Part shown: piece after piece, positions 35,403 to 40,714 of the stretch
Numbering within the stretch: the stretch's first letter is position 1
Layout of the letters: every line of letters starts with the position of its first letter
Origin: a virus
Direction: 5' to 3' (one strand)
Length of the DNA stretch: 40,714 bases
Virus genome (UHGV): UHGV-2188828
Translations under genes and position numbers: made by a program
Notes under the pieces: generated by a model
What the model was told of the DNA's origin: nothing
The model's database searches: none
Seen by the model: the letters and a program-made list of their open reading frames with translations, nothing else

Positions 35403-37124
35403 ATGGACAGGGCCACCTTATTTGCTAAGAGCGTAGTAGAAGGAACTATAAACAGAGCAACAGGGGAACTTGAAATATTAGCTTGTAAAAGACATTTGAG
35501 AGATTTAGAAAGACAGGGAACAGAAGAATTTCCGTATATATGGAGTGAAGAGAAAGCTAATAACTTAATGAATTTTTCGGAAAATCTTACATTAGCTGAA
35601 GGTGATGAGCCAGCATTAATGAAACTATGGGACTTTCAATGTTTTGTATTTGGTTCTTGGAATGGATGGATACATAAGGATACTGGATATAGAAGATTCA
35701 GAACATCATATGAGCAAGTTGGAAGACAAAATGGAAAATCGGTTGGGAATGCAGTTCCGTCACTTTATTATGGTAATTTTGATGGTTACAATTATCCCCA
35801 AGTATATGCAACAGCAACAAAAGAAGCTCAAGCTAGAATAGTAGTTAAAGAGTGTTATAAGTTTATAAATGCAGATAAAGAGTTGAGTGGGACTAAAACA
35901 AGAAAAGGATTATTTACTATAAAAGATTATAAATCAGAAATAGAATGTAATTTAACAAATGGAACCATAAAGGCATTAGGTCGCGATACTGATAGTATTG
36001 ATGGATTTAGGCCTTATTTTGGTTCAGTTGATGAATATCATAAACATAAAACAAATCAAATGTACAAATTATTGACAGATGGAACAAAGAAACTTAAGCA
36101 ATGTTTAGTAAGTGTTATAACAACTGCAGGTTTTGATATAAATTCACCATGTAAAGAATTATACGATTATTGTGTTAAGGTTCTGAAAGGTGTGCATCAA
36201 GATGAAACACAGTTTATTTATATATGCCAGTTAGATAAAAATGATGATATATGGGATGAAAATAATTGGCCTAAGGCTAATCCACTATGGACAGAGGAAA
36301 CTTTAAATAGTTTAAGAGCAGATGCAATCAAAGCAAAGGAAATGCAAGGAGAAGAACTTAGAAACTTTATGACTAAAAGTCTTAATATGTGGGTTCAAAT
36401 GTCAGATGACGATTATATAGATATAGAAAAGTGGAAAGAATGTGCTAGTGATTTAACTCTTGAAGATATGAGAGGGAAAGAGTGTGGAGTAGGACTTGAT
36501 TTATCAAGTGGTGGAGATTTAACATCAGCAGCTCTAGAATTTGAGTTGGGAAATGATGAGTATTTTATTGAGAGTCATAGCTTTATTCCTAAAAATAGAC
36601 TACTAGAGCATATACAAACAGATAAAGCGCCATACGATATGTGGGTAAAAAAAGAACTAATAACGGTAACAGAAACTCTTGGAGGAGTAAAAACAGATTA
36701 TAAATATATAATAAATTATTTAAAACAGTTGCAGAAAGAATATGATTTGAAATATCGATTCATAGCATATGATCCACATAATGCAGATGCATTTTTGAAC
36801 GATTTAGAATCTTTTGGTTGTGATTGCATAGAAATTATTCAAAGTGCTAGAAACTTAAATAGTGCTACAGTAGATTTTCAATTATCTGTAGATGGAAAAG
36901 CGATAAAGTATAATAGAAAAAATGCTTTATTAACTTGGAGTATAGCTAATGCTAAATTAACTCATAATTCATTTGGAGAATGTAAGATAGATAAAAATTA
37001 CAGAACTAAGAGGATAGATCCTGTTGATGCGATAATAGATGTTCATAAAGTGATGATAGAAAATAAATCAACAATAGATATAAACGAAGTTACAGAAGAT
37101 TACTTAAGTATGATGGGATGGTAA
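35403..37124 (+). CDS. terminase large subunit
   Basis: 573 aa with an N-terminal ATPase and C-terminal nuclease, in the canonical position after terS. Confidence 0.85.
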   Translation: MDRATLFAKSVVEGTINRATGELEILACKRHLRDLERQGTEEFPYIWSEEKANNLMNFSENLTLAEGDEPALMKLWDFQCFVFGSWNGWIHKDTGYRRFRTSYEQVGRQNGKSVGNAVPSLYYGNFDGYNYPQVYATATKEAQARIVVKECYKFINADKELSGTKTRKGLFTIKDYKSEIECNLTNGTIKALGRDTDSIDGFRPYFGSVDEYHKHKTNQMYKLLTDGTKKLKQCLVSVITTAGFDINSPCKELYDYCVKVLKGVHQDETQFIYICQLDKNDDIWDENNWPKANPLWTEETLNSLRADAIKAKEMQGEELRNFMTKSLNMWVQMSDDDYIDIEKWKECASDLTLEDMRGKECGVGLDLSSGGDLTSAALEFELGNDEYFIESHSFIPKNRLLEHIQTDKAPYDMWVKKELITVTETLGGVKTDYKYIINYLKQLQKEYDLKYRFIAYDPHNADAFLNDLESFGCDCIEIIQSARNLNSATVDFQLSVDGKAIKYNRKNALLTWSIANAKLTHNSFGECKIDKNYRTKRIDPVDAIIDVHKVMIENKSTIDINEVTEDYLSMMGW

Positions 37125-37137
37125 AGGGGGTGATAGA

Positions 37138-38409
37138 GTGAATGTATTTAGTAGAATTGCAAAAGGAATAAAAAATGCCATTACTCCAGCTAAATCTGTA
37201 GATATGCAAAGTCAAGAGTTATTAGAATGGCTTGGAATAAGTTCAACTCCAAAGAAATTAGTGAGTGAGGTTACATATTTTACTTGCTTAAAGATGTTAT
37301 CAGAAACATTAGGAAAAATGCCTTTGAAATTTCGTCAAGATACAGAGAAGGGAGTTCAAAGGGTTAAGTCTAATAAAGTTCACAAGCTTTTAAGGACAAG
37401 GCCAAATGCACTTATGACACCATCTATCTTTTGGGCAACAATAGAGCAGAATAGAAATCATTACGGAAATGCTTATGTTTGGATAAGGAAAAAGTTTAAA
37501 AGAAATAAGTATGGTGGAAGTTATGAAATTCAAGATTTTTGGATTATGCCATCTAATGATGTTCGAGTTTTAATAGATGATGAAGGTGTTTTTGGGGCCA
37601 AAGGACGATTGTGGTATTTATACACTGATAAATATTCAGCTAAACAATATGTATTTAATAGTTCTGAGGTTCTGCACTTTAAAACATCATACAGTTTTGA
37701 TGGTATTTTAGGAGTTCCAGTAAGAGAAGTCCTTAAAAGTACATTAGAGGGTGGCTTAGAAAGTCAAAATTTCATGAATAATTTATATAAAAGTGGCCTT
37801 ACTGCAAAAGCTGTACTTGAATATACAGGAGATTTGAATGAAGAAGCAAAAACAAGGCTTATAAAAGGGTTTGAAGAGTTTGCTAACGGTTCAAAAAACT
37901 CAGGTAAAATTATTCCTGTTCCTTTAGGTATGAAACTAGTACCATTAGATATTAAGCTTACAGATAGTCAATTCTTTGAATTGAAAAAATTTAATGCCCT
38001 TCAAATAGCAGGAGCATTTGGAATAAAGCCTAATCAATTAAATGATTATGAAAAGAGTTCTTATTCTAATTCAGAAATGCAGCAACTTAGCTTTTATGTA
38101 GATACAGTATTGTTTATATTAAAACAGTATGAAGAAGAGCTCAATTATAAATTGCTAGATAAAGAGGAACTGGAAGAAGGCTATCATTTTAAATTTAATG
38201 AGAAGGTACTATTAAGAACAGATAGTAAAACTCAAATGGAGATTCTTGCTAAAGGAGTTAATAATGGCTTAATAATGCCTGATGAAGGAAGAGAAGAACT
38301 AGGATATCCATCAGCAGAAGGAGGAGATAAGCTATTTATGAATGGTAACTATATCCCTATAACTAAAGTAGGCAAACAATATGGGAAAGGGGGTGAAAAC
38401 AATGAGTAA
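37138..38409 (+). CDS. portal protein
   Basis: 423 aa between TerL and the prohead protease. Confidence 0.8.
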   Translation: MNVFSRIAKGIKNAITPAKSVDMQSQELLEWLGISSTPKKLVSEVTYFTCLKMLSETLGKMPLKFRQDTEKGVQRVKSNKVHKLLRTRPNALMTPSIFWATIEQNRNHYGNAYVWIRKKFKRNKYGGSYEIQDFWIMPSNDVRVLIDDEGVFGAKGRLWYLYTDKYSAKQYVFNSSEVLHFKTSYSFDGILGVPVREVLKSTLEGGLESQNFMNNLYKSGLTAKAVLEYTGDLNEEAKTRLIKGFEEFANGSKNSGKIIPVPLGMKLVPLDIKLTDSQFFELKKFNALQIAGAFGIKPNQLNDYEKSSYSNSEMQQLSFYVDTVLFILKQYEEELNYKLLDKEELEEGYHFKFNEKVLLRTDSKTQMEILAKGVNNGLIMPDEGREELGYPSAEGGDKLFMNGNYIPITKVGKQYGKGGENNE

Positions 38410-39166
38410 AACACTAGAATTTCTTTCAAGAAATAAGGAAGGGAAGCTTAACAAGGTTGGCCACATGGACTTTAAGAATGAAGTCAATAGCCAAGAGCTA
38501 TATTTTTATGGTGACATAGTTAGTGATAGCTGGGGAAAGTGGTGTGATGAAGATAAGTGTCCACAAGATGTTTTAGAAGTTTTAAATTCTATTGATGAAG
38601 GTAAGGATTTAAATATTTATATAAACAGCGGTGGAGGTTCTGTCTATGCAGGTCTTGCTATTTACAACCAACTTAAAAGAAAGAAGTGTAATAAAATAGT
38701 CCATGTTGATGGGTTAGCTGCAAGTATTGCTTCTGTAATAATGTTGGCTGGAGATACTGTTATTATTCCTAAAACCGCTCAAACAATGATACATGATCCT
38801 TGGATGGGGATATGGGGAGGATATAATGCTAAGGAATTTAGAAAAATGGCTGATGACTTAGATGCTTGCGGAGAAACAATTCTCAATGTTTATGCTGAAA
38901 ACCTAAAAGATGGAGTTAGCATAGATGAGATTAAGACAATGATGCAAGAAGAGACGTGGATGACAGGAGATAAGGCAGCACAATACTTTAATATTGAGGT
39001 TGAAGATTCAGCTATGGCTGTAGCGTGTGTATCTAGCTATTTTAATAGATATAAAAATACTCCTGAAGATTTAAAGAAAAAGGATAAACCACATAGTAAA
39101 GTACAAGATAACTTAGAAAATGAAAAAGAAAGTATATTAGAAGATTTATATTTGTATGGAATGTAA
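38402..39166 (+). CDS. ClpP-family prohead protease
   Basis: IYINSGGGSVYAGLAIYNQL...HVDGLAASIASVIMLAGD is a ClpP Ser-protease pattern. The start overlaps the portal stop; the track ORF starts at 38381. Confidence 0.8.
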   Translation: MSKTLEFLSRNKEGKLNKVGHMDFKNEVNSQELYFYGDIVSDSWGKWCDEDKCPQDVLEVLNSIDEGKDLNIYINSGGGSVYAGLAIYNQLKRKKCNKIVHVDGLAASIASVIMLAGDTVIIPKTAQTMIHDPWMGIWGGYNAKEFRKMADDLDACGETILNVYAENLKDGVSIDEIKTMMQEETWMTGDKAAQYFNIEVEDSAMAVACVSSYFNRYKNTPEDLKKKDKPHSKVQDNLENEKESILEDLYLYGM

Positions 39167-39219
39167 GTCTTTTTTTATTGAAATTTTTAAATTAAAAAAT
39201 GAAAGTGAGGAAATAAATA

Positions 39220-40422
39220 ATGCCACAAGAATTAATAGAATTATTAAACAAGATTAATGCTAAAAAGGAAGAAGTCAAAAATTTAGCAAAGGAAAATAAG
39301 ATTGAAGAGGCAAAGGCTGCAAAGAAAGAATTAATAGACCTTCAAGCAAAATTTGATGTTTTATATGATCTAGAAGATGAAGCAGAAGAGAAAATAAAAG
39401 ATGATATTGAAAATGAAAATGTAACAGTTATATCTGGAGCAGTTAATAAGGGAAAAGAAGTTGTTAATGCTTTTGTTAATGCTATTAAGGCAGGATTATC
39501 AAAGAAACCAGTAGCAGAAAAAGATATGAAAATATTAAAAAACTCTATGAAAGAGGGAACAGAAGCAGATGGAGGGTTGACAGTGCCTCAAGATATCCAA
39601 ACTTCAATAAAGGAGCTAAGAAGAAGTCAGGATGCATTAGAAAATTTAGTTAATGTTGAAACTGTATCTACAGAAACAGGGACAAGAGTTATAGAGAAAG
39701 CAGCAGATCAAACTCCTTTTGACAATGTTGATGAGGAAGCAGAATTCCAAGAAGAATCAACTCCACAATTTGAAAAAATATCTTATAAGGTTAAGAAAAA
39801 AGGTGGAATTTTAAAAGTAACTAGAGAGTTATTACAAGATACTGCTGAAAATATAATGGGTTATTTAAGAAGATGGATAGCAAAGAAGAGTAAAGCAACT
39901 AGAAATGCATTAATAGTAAAAAAGATTGATGAAATAACTACTAGTAAAGAGGTTTCTATTAAAGATTTAGATGGATTAAAGGATATTTTTAATGAAAAGT
40001 TAGATCCTGCTATTGCTGTTTCTTCTGGTGTTGTAACTAATCAAAGTGGTTTTAATTGGTTAGATAAATTAAAAGATTCTGATGGAAAGTATGTATTACA
40101 AGCAGATCCAACTAATGCAACTAAGAAATTACTATTTGGTGAATATCCAGTTACTGTTGTATCTAATAAAGTTCTAAAGTCTAAGGGAGTAGGTTCTTCA
40201 GGACGAGAAACAGCTTGGAAGCATCCGATAATATGTGGAGATTTAAAAGAAGCTATAACTATATTTGATAGAGAGAACATGACAATAGAAATATCAACAG
40301 AAGCTGGAGACCTATGGGGAAAAGACCAAACAGGTATAAAAGTAAGAGAAAGATTAGATATTCAAGCAGTTGATTCAGAGGCTATAGTAAAAGCAGAAGT
40401 TGAAGTAGCTGTGACTCCCTAG
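39220..40422 (+). CDS. major capsid protein (HK97 fold)
   Basis: 400 aa with an N-terminal coiled-coil delta-like region, after the protease. Typical capsid family. Confidence 0.85.
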   Translation: MPQELIELLNKINAKKEEVKNLAKENKIEEAKAAKKELIDLQAKFDVLYDLEDEAEEKIKDDIENENVTVISGAVNKGKEVVNAFVNAIKAGLSKKPVAEKDMKILKNSMKEGTEADGGLTVPQDIQTSIKELRRSQDALENLVNVETVSTETGTRVIEKAADQTPFDNVDEEAEFQEESTPQFEKISYKVKKKGGILKVTRELLQDTAENIMGYLRRWIAKKSKATRNALIVKKIDEITTSKEVSIKDLDGLKDIFNEKLDPAIAVSSGVVTNQSGFNWLDKLKDSDGKYVLQADPTNATKKLLFGEYPVTVVSNKVLKSKGVGSSGRETAWKHPIICGDLKEAITIFDRENMTIEISTEAGDLWGKDQTGIKVRERLDIQAVDSEAIVKAEVEVAVTP

Positions 40423-40492
40423 TATTCCCCTAGATAATGCTAGGGTTGGAAAAGCCAAAGTTGGTAAAGCAAAAGTAGGAAAGGGTGAATAG
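40417..40492 (+). promoter_or_regulatory. candidate programmed +1 frameshift signal at the capsid gene stop: CCC_UAG shifty stop, hairpin CCCTAG-ataatg-CTAGGG, and open +1 frame
   Basis: The +1 frame reads [24 protein letters not shown] and ends 1 nt before the next gene's ATG. It parallels the element after the major tail gene. Confidence 0.5.
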
Positions 40493-40493
40493 T

Positions 40494-40714
40494 ATGGCGT
40501 ATAAAAAGCAAACTTGGAACGATAACGATGTAATAACAAAGGCTAAATTAGATCATATAGAAGAAGGTATTGCAAGTATAGAACTTACTCCAGGACCTAA
40601 AGGAGAAACAGGTGCACAAGGACCAGCAGGACCACAAGGTGCTACTGGTGAAGCTGGACCACAAGGACCAGCAGGACCTACAGGACCTAAAGGAGAAACA
40701 GGTGCACAAGGACC
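40494..40714 (+). CDS. collagen-like (Gly-X-Y) structural protein, N-terminal part (continues past the window end, wrapping to 1..241)
   Basis: [62 protein letters not shown]... Confidence 0.65.
   Translation, partial: MAYKKQTWNDNDVITKAKLDHIEEGIASIELTPGPKGETGAQGPAGPQGATGEAGPQGPAGPTGPKGETGAQG

Noticed and set aside
1-40714. Two different prophages in tandem, each contributing a collagen-like gene at a window end
   Set aside because: Every functional module occurs exactly once and in canonical order when the window is circularised. The end sequences are near-identical over 90 nt, so a single permuted genome is the simpler explanation, although long-read confirmation is needed.

Overview
The window looks like a complete, circularly permuted temperate siphovirus-type phage or prophage of about 40.6 kb from a low-GC Firmicute. 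Codon usage and the large serine integrase are Clostridium-like, and the two ends of the window overlap inside a collagen-like gene.

Gene order, from position 1:
- C-terminus of a collagen-like protein (1..241).
- Head-tail connector and tail genes (284..11761): gp6-like connector, head closure, HK97 gp10-like, tail completion, Ig-like major tail protein, G/GT chaperone with a -1 frameshift, tape measure, Dit, tail endopeptidase, and a tail fibre with a C-terminal SGNH/GDSL esterase domain.
- Lysis (11871..13208): BhlA-like holin, a second holin, GH25 endolysin.
- A low-GC accessory island (13647..16740): a ParA/MinD-family ATPase with two unknown proteins on the plus strand, then an oppositely oriented HTH / ribbon-helix-helix / small-protein operon.
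- Lysogeny (17049..19334): a 48-bp palindrome that is a candidate attP, a large serine recombinase, a cI-like repressor and a Cro-like protein.
- Early and replication genes (19705..32569): ORF6N/ORF6C antirepressor, Gam-like, Rad52-like annealing protein, DnaD-like initiator, HNH-like, RuvC-like, SSB, LemA with a two-TM partner, and many small genes.
- ArpU-type late activator (32571..33041).
- A roughly 1-kb ORF-poor island (33042..34002) holding a G-quadruplex/C-tract motif and a tRNA-Ser(GCU).
- Packaging and head (34352..40422): HNH, P27-family TerS, TerL, portal, ClpP-like protease, HK97-type capsid.
- N-terminus of the collagen-like protein (40494..40714).

The most interesting observations are:
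- Conserved CCC-stop shifty sites followed by hairpins at the 3' ends of both the major tail and major capsid genes. The +1 frame behind each site is open and encodes VGKAKVGK-type tails, which suggests programmed +1 frameshifting.
- The low-GC ParA-family three-gene cassette between the lysin and the integrase, which could be a partition module, a defence system or something else.
- A perfect phased G-quadruplex motif beside a phage-borne tRNA-Ser.
- A repeated translation-initiation-region motif in front of four consecutive small genes.
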